Positions 36,688 to 47,224 of a DNA stretch of 64,000 nucleotides are shown here, one piece after another (the stretch's first letter is position 1; every line of letters starts with the position of its first letter). Both the position numbers and the translations under genes were made by a program. A model generated the notes under the pieces. That model saw nothing but the letters and a program-made list of their open reading frames with translations, did no database searches and had not been told where the DNA came from. Source of the DNA: a virus; IMG/VR virus record IMGVR_UViG_3300025889_000075, positions 1-64,000 of that record, one strand, 5' to 3'.

Positions 36688-38027
36688 TGGCAACAAACGG
36701 AAAAGAACAACAATTTAAAATTCAAAGTGCATTAATTACAGCGGATAGATTTTCTGAAAAATCAATTGAAGTCGCTACATTAATTGCTGAATTGAATTTA
36801 TTTGAGCACATAGAAAAACCTTATTTGACTGGTTCTGTTCTCTTAATAGACGATGCTGGTATAATTGACAGTATAACGTTTAAAGGTTCTGAACGTTTGA
36901 CTTTAACGGTTATGTCAGTAGATAAATTAGATACCCCTTTTATTGTTGACAAAACATTCGTTATGACAAAAATAGAATCAACGCAAAGGGCAAATGATAG
37001 AGTAGAAGTTCATTTAATCTCTCTAGTTGAAGAGCATTTAGTTTTAAGTTCATTAAAAAAGATTAGTAGAACATATACAGACAATCTAGAGAATATGATT
37101 ACAAATATTCTACTTCTAGAACTTAATAAAAATTCTGATTTATCTTATCTTTCTTCTTCCGCGCAAGGTGTTCGTAAGATTAATATACCTTACCTTTCGC
37201 CATTAGACGCTTGTGATTTTATTAGAGATAGGGCAACAACTGAATCAGGTGCGCCGTTTTTTCTTTATTCGTCAATATATGATGACAATATTCGCCTTGG
37301 GTCTCTTGACGTTATGTTGCAAACTAAATCATTTAATTCAAAACAACCGTTTATATTTTCATCAAGCGTTTCTTCAGAAGCAAATATGATGCAAGAAGAT
37401 AAGGCATCTTTCATAATTAACGATGTCAAATTTAGAGGCGTTGGTGATAATCTTAAGATGGTACAAAACGGAGCAATCACTTCAGTCTATAATGAGATTG
37501 ATGTCAATTCAGGAATAGTTTCTTTTGACAAATACAAAGCAACAAACCTTGTAAAAAAATTAGAACAAGAAAACACATTAACTGAAGACGCACAATCAAT
37601 TTTTGATCCGCGTCAATATATTTCTGATCAAGCAATTGAAGAGTATGATTCAAAAGTATTTCATCAACTTTCTAGTAAAAATACGTATGGGTCTTCTCTG
37701 GGTTATCATGATGTTCTTAATTCAAAAGAAAATCTATTGAAACTTTACAGCAAAGCAACTAGGAATTTTCTTTACAACAATATGATTAATATTAATGTTC
37801 CTGGAGTTGCTTTTGCTTATTCTAAAGTCAGTGTTGGTGATGTTCTCTCTTGCGAATTTCTAAACCCAAGAGGAGCAACAAACTCGTTCGACAAAGATTC
37901 TTTGTTAGATAAGAGTAAGTCGGGTAAATATTTAATCTATGCTGCTAGGCATATTTTTAGAGACACTTCCCATAACATTTCTTTAAATGTTACTAAAATG
38001 GATTACAACGGTGCTGTAAATGCTTAG
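36687..38027 (+). CDS. baseplate hub protein (gp27-like)
   Basis: Between gp53 and gp5; IPYLSP, PFFLY, SGKYLI..RH.F. Confidence 0.65.
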   Translation: MATNGKEQQFKIQSALITADRFSEKSIEVATLIAELNLFEHIEKPYLTGSVLLIDDAGIIDSITFKGSERLTLTVMSVDKLDTPFIVDKTFVMTKIESTQRANDRVEVHLISLVEEHLVLSSLKKISRTYTDNLENMITNILLLELNKNSDLSYLSSSAQGVRKINIPYLSPLDACDFIRDRATTESGAPFFLYSSIYDDNIRLGSLDVMLQTKSFNSKQPFIFSSSVSSEANMMQEDKASFIINDVKFRGVGDNLKMVQNGAITSVYNEIDVNSGIVSFDKYKATNLVKKLEQENTLTEDAQSIFDPRQYISDQAIEEYDSKVFHQLSSKNTYGSSLGYHDVLNSKENLLKLYSKATRNFLYNNMININVPGVAFAYSKVSVGDVLSCEFLNPRGATNSFDKDSLLDKSKSGKYLIYAARHIFRDTSHNISLNVTKMDYNGAVNA

Positions 38028-38910
38028 AACTATTTCTAATGAATACTATGGTGACAACTTCCGTTGGTTTATCGGAACTGTAATCAATTCATCACCTCCT
38101 TATGGGTATGAGGGAAGAGTGCGCGTGCGTATACATGGTATTCATAATCCATCTACAGGAGAAACTAAAGAAGACGATTTGCCTTGGGCGCAGGTGATGA
38201 TACCTTTAACAGAAGGTGGTGTTTCAGGGCACGGTAGAATACCTCAAGTACTCCCTGGAGCATTAGTATATGGATTTTTCTTAGATGGAGAAACCTCTCA
38301 AATACCAATCGTTTTGGGTTCTGTGGCGAGGATGGAACATCCTACTGACGTTCAAGCAAGAGGATCAAACTCTAAAGAACTTAGTGTTTACAAATCTAAA
38401 ACTGCTGACGGAAAAGAATTTAAAGAAAATTTATTATCAGAAGATTTTAAAAACGATGTTTCTTTAAAACCGAATGTTTCTGAAAGAAGAAGTCAAACTG
38501 TCAAATTTTTTATTGATAATGGTTATAGTGTTTCGCAAGCAGCGGGTATTGCGGCAGGATTACAAGAGGTTTCTGGTTTCGTTACTCATACAGAGGAAGA
38601 CACAGAATTCTATACAGGAATAGGTAAATGGTTACGTAGCGGACCAAGGTATCGAGGGTTGGTTCAGTTTTCCTCCGGGATTTCTAGATATGCTAGTATA
38701 GAGAGGTTTTCAGTTCAATTGTTTTATGTATTACAAGAGCTAAGAACAACACACACTATTGCTAATTCTAAAATACTTCGTTCAACCTTAATTAAATCAC
38801 CTGCAGGTTCTGCTCAATTGTTTGTTAAATACTATCTTAAAAGACCAGATCTTTCTGTTGCTAATGTAGAAAAAATCGCTGAGAATGCATATGATGAGGT
38901 AATACGATAA
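38020..38910 (+). CDS. gp5 N-terminal OB domain fused to tail-lysozyme-like domain
   Basis: WFIGTV, GRVRVRI.G.H, DLPWA, GFFLDG..Q.P; then GYS..QAAGI..LQE.SG..GIGKW. Confidence 0.82.
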   Translation: MLRTISNEYYGDNFRWFIGTVINSSPPYGYEGRVRVRIHGIHNPSTGETKEDDLPWAQVMIPLTEGGVSGHGRIPQVLPGALVYGFFLDGETSQIPIVLGSVARMEHPTDVQARGSNSKELSVYKSKTADGKEFKENLLSEDFKNDVSLKPNVSERRSQTVKFFIDNGYSVSQAAGIAAGLQEVSGFVTHTEEDTEFYTGIGKWLRSGPRYRGLVQFSSGISRYASIERFSVQLFYVLQELRTTHTIANSKILRSTLIKSPAGSAQLFVKYYLKRPDLSVANVEKIAENAYDEVIR

Positions 38911-40685
38911 TGCCTAATACAAAAGAATCGTTCGACGCTAGACTTAAATCTTTAAACCAAGCAGTCTCATATCAAAACGTTGAAACTGACATTAACACTG
39001 CAGTTAAATCATATGCTGCAGCAAAAACAACTGAGATTGGTAAAGTCGCGAATCAGGTTAAAGGCGGTGTTCAAAGTTTGACATCTGAAGCAACAGGTAT
39101 CAAAGATAAACTTTCTAATCCTACTGCTTCTTTATTGTCTGGTACAGGTGGAGTTGCAGATAAACTCAAGAATGCTGCATTAAATACGTCACTGGGTTCA
39201 CTCGCTTCTAGCATTGGCGTTAGTGTTACTGTTACTTATGATGATAGCGGTTCTATATCTGGAATATCGATTGGAAGTGGAATTAGCGGGTCGATCAGTA
39301 GCATTCTCGCCAAAATAACAGGACTTGGTGCAGCACCTGGATTTTTACAAAACGTAGTTTCAAATAGCAATCCCTCCTCTTTGCGAGACAATCTAACATC
39401 TTTATCTGGCAAAGTTGGTGCTTTCGCTAGTGTCAGTGAAATTTCTAGTAAGTTTGATGCCTCTAAAACAGCAATCATGTCTGAGATTGCCTCTAATATT
39501 CCTTCACTTGACGATTCTTCACAAACATATTATAATTCTTTTGTTAGTTCTGCGAGTAATGGAATACAAGACATAACTACTGCAATACCTTCACCAGCAA
39601 GAATAACAGAGAATGATATTAAGTCCGTTTTAAAAGAAGTCAGCGGTAGTGTTTCTGCTGACAGCGCCGATAATGTTTTAAATAGCGCCAAGTCTTTCAC
39701 TAAAGATATTGCTAAAATTAATTCTAAGGTGAATCAATTTGATGCAAACGTTGGTAGTTTTGTTAAGACAAAATCAACTGGTTTGTTACAAGGATTAGCA
39801 GAAACCACTAATGATACAGGTCTTAATAAATTATTGAAAGAAACAGGCATAGAATTAACACCTGCAGAAAAAGAAAAGGTAATCAAACTCGCTCAGGGAA
39901 CTGCCCTAGAGAAATCAGAAGCTGCAGAGTTTTTAGCAGGCAAAACTTCAAAAGAAAACAGATCAAAATTAAAATCTGCTTTAAACGATTTAGATACTAC
40001 CATCGCAGGAACTCGAGTAATAGATAACGCGAACAGCGCGTTCCAAGATCCCTTTGATTTAGACGCAACAGGAAACAAATGGAAGAATGGAGTTGGTGCT
40101 AAAGATTTTACATTTACGTTTGTTTCTTCTGTTGAAGAACTTCGTTCAGAGTTAAGAAAAGTCACGAGAGACGTAACAGAAGTCGTTGTCCATTGGACTG
40201 ACACTTTCGTTAATGCTAATATTGGATCAGAAGAAATTAACCAGAGACACCTAGGATTAGGTATGAAGGGGATTGGTTATCATTATGTTATTAGAAGAGA
40301 TGGATCCTTACAAAGAGGACGTCCCGTTAATGAGGATGGCGATCATTGTGATACTAATGGACACAATAGCAACAGTATCGGTATCGCATTTGTTGGTGGA
40401 TTGAATTGTGCTTCTGGAAATCCAAATCCAACCAGATTTAGATCTGCTGCTTCTTTAACTCGAAGTCAGTTAAATACCTTTGAAGAATTTTGTCGTGCAT
40501 TTTATCAAGTTAATCCTGGTGGTCAAATACTAGGGCACAACGAAATTGATCCTAATGAAGAGGATCCAGGGTTTGAGGTAATTGAATATTGTAAGAATGT
40601 TTTTGGTAAAGAATCTTTGTTTAATGATCCTACCAAAGACAAACCGTTTACAAGAGCAACACTTAACGCGAAGAAATTAACATGA
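38910..40685 (+). CDS. virion-associated N-acetylmuramoyl-L-alanine amidase with long N-terminal extension
   Basis: C-terminal VVHWT, IGYHYVIRRDG..GRP, SIGIAFVGG, GHNE..DPGF. Confidence 0.85.
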   Translation: MPNTKESFDARLKSLNQAVSYQNVETDINTAVKSYAAAKTTEIGKVANQVKGGVQSLTSEATGIKDKLSNPTASLLSGTGGVADKLKNAALNTSLGSLASSIGVSVTVTYDDSGSISGISIGSGISGSISSILAKITGLGAAPGFLQNVVSNSNPSSLRDNLTSLSGKVGAFASVSEISSKFDASKTAIMSEIASNIPSLDDSSQTYYNSFVSSASNGIQDITTAIPSPARITENDIKSVLKEVSGSVSADSADNVLNSAKSFTKDIAKINSKVNQFDANVGSFVKTKSTGLLQGLAETTNDTGLNKLLKETGIELTPAEKEKVIKLAQGTALEKSEAAEFLAGKTSKENRSKLKSALNDLDTTIAGTRVIDNANSAFQDPFDLDATGNKWKNGVGAKDFTFTFVSSVEELRSELRKVTRDVTEVVVHWTDTFVNANIGSEEINQRHLGLGMKGIGYHYVIRRDGSLQRGRPVNEDGDHCDTNGHNSNSIGIAFVGGLNCASGNPNPTRFRSAASLTRSQLNTFEEFCRAFYQVNPGGQILGHNEIDPNEEDPGFEVIEYCKNVFGKESLFNDPTKDKPFTRATLNAKKLT

Positions 40686-42133
40686 CAAATAAAGTTGACA
40701 ATTTTACAAAACGAGTAACATCGCTTGGCTTGGGTGTTGAAGTCAGCGAAGGAATTCCCCGCGAAGGATTCGCTGATCCAACTGGCGAATTTCCAAGTCG
40801 CGATTATTTCTTTGGATCATCAATTAACAAAGCAGCGCGTGGCGAAAAAGTAAACAAACTCTATAACGGTGGTGGTGATCATGGTGTTAATATAGACCTT
40901 GCTGATCAGAAACCTTCAGAGTATCCATACAATCAAATAACAGAAACACAATCAGGTCATTCGATTGAGATTGATGATACTCCTGGTGGCGAACGTATTT
41001 TAATTAAACATAAAAGCGGATCAGGTGTTGAGTTTCGTTCAGACGGTAGCGTCTTATTCTCATCGACAAATAAGAAAGTTGAAATCGTCGGTGGTGATAA
41101 TGCTGTTATTATCGAAGGTCAAGCAGATTTAGTTTACAACGGTAATCTTAATTTAAAGGTTACGGGCGATTATAATCTAGACGTTGGTGGTAATATTAAT
41201 GTAACAACTGCAGGAAATAAAACTGAAAAGATTCTGCATAACCACACAGTAGAAGTTGTTGAGAATCAAAATACAACAGTCAAAGGCGACCGTGGTGCTA
41301 AGGTTATTGGTGTCAATACGGAAACTATTCTGAGTGATAATAACATATTAGTCAAAGGAACGCAAAAGAATTATGTTGAAGGCGATGTCGAACTTACGAG
41401 CGGAAACAAATTAGTAACAACTGCTGGTCTTGAATGGGCAGCAAGTTCTTTAACAACAAACATCTCTGGTTTGACTGTTAGCGTTATGGGTCAAACTGGA
41501 ACAATCGGCGGCGAGTTTATAGATCATTATGGTAAAGCGTATTCTGGTCCTCCTGGCGGATCTGGATTAGGTGGTACAACTTTCTATGGTACATTCATAG
41601 GTAAAGCGACTGAAGCGATCACTTCAGACTTTGCTAATAAAGCGGGTGAAGCGTCTTGGGCGAAATCTGCTCCTGCAGAAGCAGGAACTGCAGATGGTGC
41701 TACTAAGACAAGAAGTCCCAGATACTATCCAACGAAAATGCCTTACGTTACTATACCAACAACAGCGCCAATGCCCGTTTCTCCAATTATTGCTGCGCAT
41801 TTATCAACAAGCAATTATGGTATACGAAACGTTGAAGTTGATAAAGGTGACAAACTGAAACTCGAGTTGTTGAAGACCGATGACTATGCTGATCTATTCA
41901 ATTATGACCCTTCGATACATGAGATTCGTTCTAAGATGAGGGATCCAGCGAATAGAAACAACTCAACGTTTACAGGTTATTTGGTTGCTGAAGGCAAATT
42001 GTCATCTAAGTATCGAGACGCTCGTCCTAAGAAAGTTGGTCGTGCGATCAGCGGTAAGAACAATATTCGTTTCGGTAATACAGTTCTTGGTAATAATCCC
42101 GCCGAGAATAGAAGTAAGAGGTTTAAAGTATGA
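40682..42133 (+). CDS. gp5 C-terminal part (beta-helix spike)
   Basis: GFADP.G.FP, YPYN..TET.SGH..E.DDTPG.ERI..H..G, V.G-repeat region. Confidence 0.85.
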   Translation: MTNKVDNFTKRVTSLGLGVEVSEGIPREGFADPTGEFPSRDYFFGSSINKAARGEKVNKLYNGGGDHGVNIDLADQKPSEYPYNQITETQSGHSIEIDDTPGGERILIKHKSGSGVEFRSDGSVLFSSTNKKVEIVGGDNAVIIEGQADLVYNGNLNLKVTGDYNLDVGGNINVTTAGNKTEKILHNHTVEVVENQNTTVKGDRGAKVIGVNTETILSDNNILVKGTQKNYVEGDVELTSGNKLVTTAGLEWAASSLTTNISGLTVSVMGQTGTIGGEFIDHYGKAYSGPPGGSGLGGTTFYGTFIGKATEAITSDFANKAGEASWAKSAPAEAGTADGATKTRSPRYYPTKMPYVTIPTTAPMPVSPIIAAHLSTSNYGIRNVEVDKGDKLKLELLKTDDYADLFNYDPSIHEIRSKMRDPANRNNSTFTGYLVAEGKLSSKYRDARPKKVGRAISGKNNIRFGNTVLGNNPAENRSKRFKV

Positions 42134-42714
42134 TTTATATTGTTGACCCTATTTACAATCCGAACTTTCAAAGTTCGATTAGTTCAGCGACTAAACTCGG
42201 TCCGGGAATTACCTGTGCTAAATTTCTTGGTGCTGCAGGTTCACGTGTGCAGTTTGAACAACTAGATGTTGATCGTAAACTGGTTGCTCGTCAGTTATAC
42301 TTACAAGCAGAAGCAATTCGAGCGGTTCATAATAACCCAGACTTCAATGATAATCGTTTGATTGTTGCCGAGGGAGTTTATAAACCAGCAATTAATGAAA
42401 GCGTAACCTCTGGTTCTATTAATGATTATAAAAAAACTGGAAGAGCAATCGTCTATCAGTTAATGAATACGGCAGGTGAAATTGATATCGAAAAATCATT
42501 TGACCTAGCAGTTTATTGGAAAGACTATGTTGATTTCGATGAATTGATTCTTGATTATGACACCTACGATCCATCAGGCAAACTTAGTTGTCAATTGGTT
42601 TTGACCATGCCTGTCGCCAACGAAACATTTGATATCTCATTTCAAAGAAAAATTAAAACTGAAATGAATGGAACACTTTTATCATTAAACGAGTTAATCG
42701 AAGTCCTTGAATAG
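42130..42714 (+). CDS. baseplate-associated hypothetical protein (possibly degenerate peptidase M15-like)
   Basis: Between gp5 and gp25; EGVY, G.A, FDELILDY pattern. Confidence 0.55.
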   Translation: MIYIVDPIYNPNFQSSISSATKLGPGITCAKFLGAAGSRVQFEQLDVDRKLVARQLYLQAEAIRAVHNNPDFNDNRLIVAEGVYKPAINESVTSGSINDYKKTGRAIVYQLMNTAGEIDIEKSFDLAVYWKDYVDFDELILDYDTYDPSGKLSCQLVLTMPVANETFDISFQRKIKTEMNGTLLSLNELIEVLE

Positions 42715-42715
42715 T

Positions 42716-42723
42716 TATAAATA
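42716..42723 (+). promoter_or_regulatory. T4-type late promoter
   Basis: Intergenic TATAAATA before gp25. Confidence 0.85.
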
Positions 42724-42752
42724 ACAAATATCACGTTTAAACGGCAATCTAG

Positions 42753-43193
42753 ATGGCAACGAAAATATTCTCTCAAGAAGACGGTAATCTTGATGCAGCG
42801 TCAATCGTTGTAACTAGAGACATGATCTATAAGGATATAGATCTAAGTTTTAACAAGAGAACGACTGGCGACATCTATAAGAAGACTGAAGCAGCTGCTG
42901 TCAAACAAGCGATCAAAACGTTGATTTCTACTAATCGTTTTGATAAACCGTTTAATCCAGATTTTGGTGCTGATATTAGATCAATGCTTTTTGAGTTGGC
43001 AAACGAAAATTCTGGCACCGAAATCATAACGAGGATTAAAAACGCCATTCAAAAATATGAACCAAGAGCAGCGGCACAAGAAATTTCTGTTAAGGTATCT
43101 AATTATAATTCTATAGACGTTTCGATAATATTTCAGATATTGAATACAGACCAAATAATTACATATGAAACAACGGTTTCGAGGTTAGTTTAA
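42753..43193 (+). CDS. baseplate wedge gp25
   Basis: YKDIDLSF, AVKQAI, KPFNPDFG..I..LFE, YEPR. Confidence 0.92.
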   Translation: MATKIFSQEDGNLDAASIVVTRDMIYKDIDLSFNKRTTGDIYKKTEAAAVKQAIKTLISTNRFDKPFNPDFGADIRSMLFELANENSGTEIITRIKNAIQKYEPRAAAQEISVKVSNYNSIDVSIIFQILNTDQIITYETTVSRLV

Positions 43194-45073
43194 TGGCAAC
43201 GACAATTAAATCTACTGGATTAGATTTCGAATCAATCAAAAGTAATCTTAAAACATTTCTTGCTAGTAAAGAAGAATTTACCGATTACAATTTTGAAGCG
43301 TCTGGATTGTCTAACATCTTAGATGTTTTAGCATATAATACGCATTATAATGCATTAACAGCAAACTATGCGCTTAACGAATCATTTATCGGAACAGCAC
43401 AACTTCGAAGTTCTTTAGTTTCTTTATCTGAGGGGATTGGTTATATTCCTGATTCTAGAAAATCCGCCGTATCTAAAGTAAAATTAAATGTAAACCTTTC
43501 TGGGCAATCTAATCTACCGGCAAAACTTACAATTGCTTCTGGGTTTGTTTTTAATAGTATTATTGACGGTATCACATATAAATTTCAAACAGTAGCGCCT
43601 TTATCTGCAGTAAACAACGGAGCAGATATTTTCTTTTTCAAAACCGCTGATGGTATTGAAAACATAGATTTGAAAGAAGGCGTTGCCAAAACCAAAACGT
43701 TCATTGCCGGACCAGCAACGGAAAATGATGTGTATATTATTCCGGATAAAACATTAGATTTAACAACAGCAATTGTTAAAGTTTATGAAACCTCAGCGTC
43801 AACAACGTTTACTACCTATGAAAGTATTTTAACAGCAAGCGCGATTACAAGCGCGTCAACTCTTTATGTTTTAAAAGAATCGCCAAACGGATATTTTGAA
43901 TTAACTTTCGGAAACGGCACAACGTTAGGTAAGTCTCCGGTTGCTGGAAACAAAATTGTTGTCGAATATCTTTCCTCTTCTGGAGCAGATGCTAATAACG
44001 CTGATGTTTTTACTCCAGTAAATCAGTTTTCTTTCTCTAACAATTTGGGTTCAACGGTTAATGTTGACTTTAATGTTACTACTGTTAATAACTCTTCTGG
44101 TGGAACAGAGAAAGAATCAATAGAATCTATTAGGAAAAATGCACCGTTTCAATATGCAGCACAAAATAGAATGGTGACTGCTGCAGATTATTCATCATTA
44201 ATTTTAAGAAACTTTTCTAATTACATTAATGACATTAAAACTTGGGGTGGAGAAGATCACGACATCCCTGAGTTTGGTTCAGTTTATGTTTCTATTGATT
44301 TTATTTCTGGACTAGAAGCAGAAACAATTGCTTCAATTAAAAGAGATATTGTAGAACTCGCTGATCAATTATCAATAATTTCTTTCAAATTGAAATTCAA
44401 AGATCCTGTTAAGACTTACGTTAGTACAGACCTTGTATTCCAATTTAATCCTTCTTTGTCTACGCTTTCTTTAAACACAATTCAAGATAATGTCAGAACA
44501 ACAGTAGGAAATTATTTTGCAAACAGCGTAGGTAAATTTGAACAATCGTTCAGAAGATCAAATCTTTTAACGCTGGTTGATGCAGTAAGTCCTGCTGTTC
44601 TTTCTTCGCGTTCTGATGTTAAAATGCATCAAAGACTTATTCCACAAGTAATTACAACAAACGATGATAATACAACCACTACAACTTCTAAACTTGGAGT
44701 TGCTACTGATTACATAGTTCGTTATCCTGTTAATATTGATGCACCGGACGATGTTAACAACAAAATCACCTCATCAACTTTCACATATTTAAATAGAAGT
44801 TGTATATTAAGAAATAGATTAAGAACTAATATCATTGAGATTATAGATCTTTCAACGAACAAACCAATAATTGATAATATTGGATCTTACAACGTGGACG
44901 GGACATTAACCTTAATTGGATTTGCTCCCGAATCGATTGCTGGTGGTGTATCATTTATTAAGATATTTGCAGTTCCTGCTAATCAATCTGCTATTTCTCC
45001 GGTTCGTGACAGTATTTTACAATACGATGAACAAGAATCCTCGTTTAGAGGTAATGTTGTGAGTTCAACATAA
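43193..45073 (+). CDS. baseplate wedge gp6
   Basis: LDFESIK, FTDYNFE.SG, LAYNTHY, FG.G..GK.P, ESIESI..AP..AQNR.VT..DY. Confidence 0.93.
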   Translation: MATTIKSTGLDFESIKSNLKTFLASKEEFTDYNFEASGLSNILDVLAYNTHYNALTANYALNESFIGTAQLRSSLVSLSEGIGYIPDSRKSAVSKVKLNVNLSGQSNLPAKLTIASGFVFNSIIDGITYKFQTVAPLSAVNNGADIFFFKTADGIENIDLKEGVAKTKTFIAGPATENDVYIIPDKTLDLTTAIVKVYETSASTTFTTYESILTASAITSASTLYVLKESPNGYFELTFGNGTTLGKSPVAGNKIVVEYLSSSGADANNADVFTPVNQFSFSNNLGSTVNVDFNVTTVNNSSGGTEKESIESIRKNAPFQYAAQNRMVTAADYSSLILRNFSNYINDIKTWGGEDHDIPEFGSVYVSIDFISGLEAETIASIKRDIVELADQLSIISFKLKFKDPVKTYVSTDLVFQFNPSLSTLSLNTIQDNVRTTVGNYFANSVGKFEQSFRRSNLLTLVDAVSPAVLSSRSDVKMHQRLIPQVITTNDDNTTTTTSKLGVATDYIVRYPVNIDAPDDVNNKITSSTFTYLNRSCILRNRLRTNIIEIIDLSTNKPIIDNIGSYNVDGTLTLIGFAPESIAGGVSFIKIFAVPANQSAISPVRDSILQYDEQESSFRGNVVSST

Positions 45074-45074
45074 T

Positions 45075-46163
45075 ATGGCTCATAAAAATATACCAGACGT
45101 AAATAGAAGAGAACTTATATTTCGAGATCGTAGAATCTCAGAAATTCTTCCTGACTATTTTCCGAGCACGTATCCAAAACTAACTGCTCTGTTTGAGTAT
45201 TACTATGAGTTTCTTTTAGAAAACAACGCGTCGACGCAATTACTTGACCATTTGTATCAAACTCGTGATATTACTACGCTCGATGATACGCTTCTAACCT
45301 TCCTTGAAGACGAACTACTTTTAGGTCAAGCATACTTCGAAGGGTTTCAAGATAAAAGATCAGCTGCTAAATTTTCTAATACCCTGTATAGATCGAAAGG
45401 AAGTAAATATTCTATTCAACAATTCTTTAGAATGTTCTTTGGAATCGATCCTGAGATTCGTTATACAAAAGAAGATGTATTCACTCTTGGAAGTTCAAAG
45501 ATTGGTCCCAACGACGGTAAATTTTTAACTGATGACGAATTATATCAGACCTATGCAATCTTAGTTAAAACAGGATTGCCAATTTCAAAATGGAAAGATA
45601 TTTACAAATTGTTTGTACACCCTGCAGGATTTTATCTTGGTGCTCAAGTTTCTATTCTTGGTGAAGGGTTTTTTGGTAATCAAACACCACCGATAGGTCT
45701 GAAACAAATGCCGGATCCTGGGACTGCAGAGGTTCCAATTCCTATTTACGAAGGTTTGGCAGATCTCGGCATGATGTCCGCTACTTCGTTTATTGGTGAT
45801 AATTCTTACGCTGAAATAGATTCTACATATACTAATGGTATTGGCGCTATTCGTTATGATATTAATCGTTCAAGTATTAGAACGTTTGGTAGTAGTACAT
45901 TATATTTGCTAGACAAATCATATCCTTCATTGCTTAAAATGATTGATGGTTATGTTATTGCTGATACTACAAGTATATCTTATCCTGGCGTAACGCATGG
46001 ATTCGACGCTACTGCAGATAGTGCTTGGCAAATATCTTATCCAACCTTTGATAATGATTCTGCTTCTAGTAATGAGCAATTCGGAGGAAGGTTCGACTTC
46101 TCTCTTGACTCAGGGTTGGGATTGTTTGGTAAAGAAAGTTTAGTTCTTTTCAGTGACAACTAA
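45075..46163 (+). CDS. baseplate wedge protein (gp7-like)
   Basis: LP.YF, Y.SKGS..S..FFR.FFG, VHPAG. Confidence 0.75.
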   Translation: MAHKNIPDVNRRELIFRDRRISEILPDYFPSTYPKLTALFEYYYEFLLENNASTQLLDHLYQTRDITTLDDTLLTFLEDELLLGQAYFEGFQDKRSAAKFSNTLYRSKGSKYSIQQFFRMFFGIDPEIRYTKEDVFTLGSSKIGPNDGKFLTDDELYQTYAILVKTGLPISKWKDIYKLFVHPAGFYLGAQVSILGEGFFGNQTPPIGLKQMPDPGTAEVPIPIYEGLADLGMMSATSFIGDNSYAEIDSTYTNGIGAIRYDINRSSIRTFGSSTLYLLDKSYPSLLKMIDGYVIADTTSISYPGVTHGFDATADSAWQISYPTFDNDSASSNEQFGGRFDFSLDSGLGLFGKESLVLFSDN

Positions 46164-46171
46164 TATAAATA
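46164..46171 (+). promoter_or_regulatory. T4-type late promoter
   Basis: Intergenic TATAAATA. Confidence 0.85.
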
Positions 46172-46196
46172 AACAAGTATTAAATTGGGATAAAAA

Positions 46197-47195
46197 ATGA
46201 CCAGACAGATTATTAACACAGGTTCTTCCGCCAATGATGGAACAGGAGATACGCTGAGATCTGGTGCGAATAAGATCAATGCGAATTTCCAAGAAATTTA
46301 TGAGAAATTCGGAACCGCCGATGTATTATCTTCACGAGTAGAATTCGACAGTGATGAGATTCTAATACAAGGGGTATCTGGTTATAAGATTTCAATTGGC
46401 GTTCAGAACCCATCAACTAATTCGTTTACGGTAGTTCCTTATGACGCTGGAACAAATTTCTTTGTATTAGATTCTGCTACTCAGACTCTTAAGAATAAGA
46501 CGCTAGATTCTGCGACATTATTAACGCCTCTCATTGGTGATTTATCTGAAGATCATTTCTACAAGGTAAGAGGTTCAGAACTAGCAGCAGACAGAACGAT
46601 TACTTTGCCTTTGTTAACTGGAGATGATACTGTAGTTACTGAGGCGCATACTCAAACTCTGACTAATAAAACATTAGATTCTGCAGAATTAAATAATCCA
46701 AGCATTGAAGGATTTATTTTAAACGATGCTGGTAAGAATATGCTCTACCTTGATAACCAAGGTGGAACGATCGTTAATTACCTTTCAATTGGTAATGCGG
46801 TAACAGGTAACGATGTAGATATTATTCCTGCAGGAACTGATACTAATATTAATTTAAGATTGCGAGGTAAAGGCGATAAAGCAGTATTGTTTGGTCAGAA
46901 AGTTGCTTATGATGTTGATGCCAAAACAACCAGCGGCACTACTTACAGCGATAAACCATTAACAACACAAACGGTTAACAGCGGTGTATCAACTGGAACT
47001 TTACCGAACGGTACAATCGAAGGACAACAAAAATTCATCAGCAATAGAGGAAACTATAGAATCACGGTTTCGGGATCATTTAACGAAGGAACAAACCTAT
47101 TATTAGATTCTGCTATTGCTCATTTAATGTGGGACAATACATCAAGCGAATGGCGTTTGGTTAATAACGGACATCCAAATATTTCATTCAGTTAA
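46197..47195 (+). CDS. baseplate/tail-fibre connector (gp9/gp10-like N-terminus)
   Basis: IN.G..ANDGTGDTLR....KINANF.EIY; TQTLTNKTL repeats. Confidence 0.8.
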   Translation: MTRQIINTGSSANDGTGDTLRSGANKINANFQEIYEKFGTADVLSSRVEFDSDEILIQGVSGYKISIGVQNPSTNSFTVVPYDAGTNFFVLDSATQTLKNKTLDSATLLTPLIGDLSEDHFYKVRGSELAADRTITLPLLTGDDTVVTEAHTQTLTNKTLDSAELNNPSIEGFILNDAGKNMLYLDNQGGTIVNYLSIGNAVTGNDVDIIPAGTDTNINLRLRGKGDKAVLFGQKVAYDVDAKTTSGTTYSDKPLTTQTVNSGVSTGTLPNGTIEGQQKFISNRGNYRITVSGSFNEGTNLLLDSAIAHLMWDNTSSEWRLVNNGHPNISFS

Positions 47196-47224
47196 TTTGA
47201 CAGGATCAACGGAGAGAAGAACTA

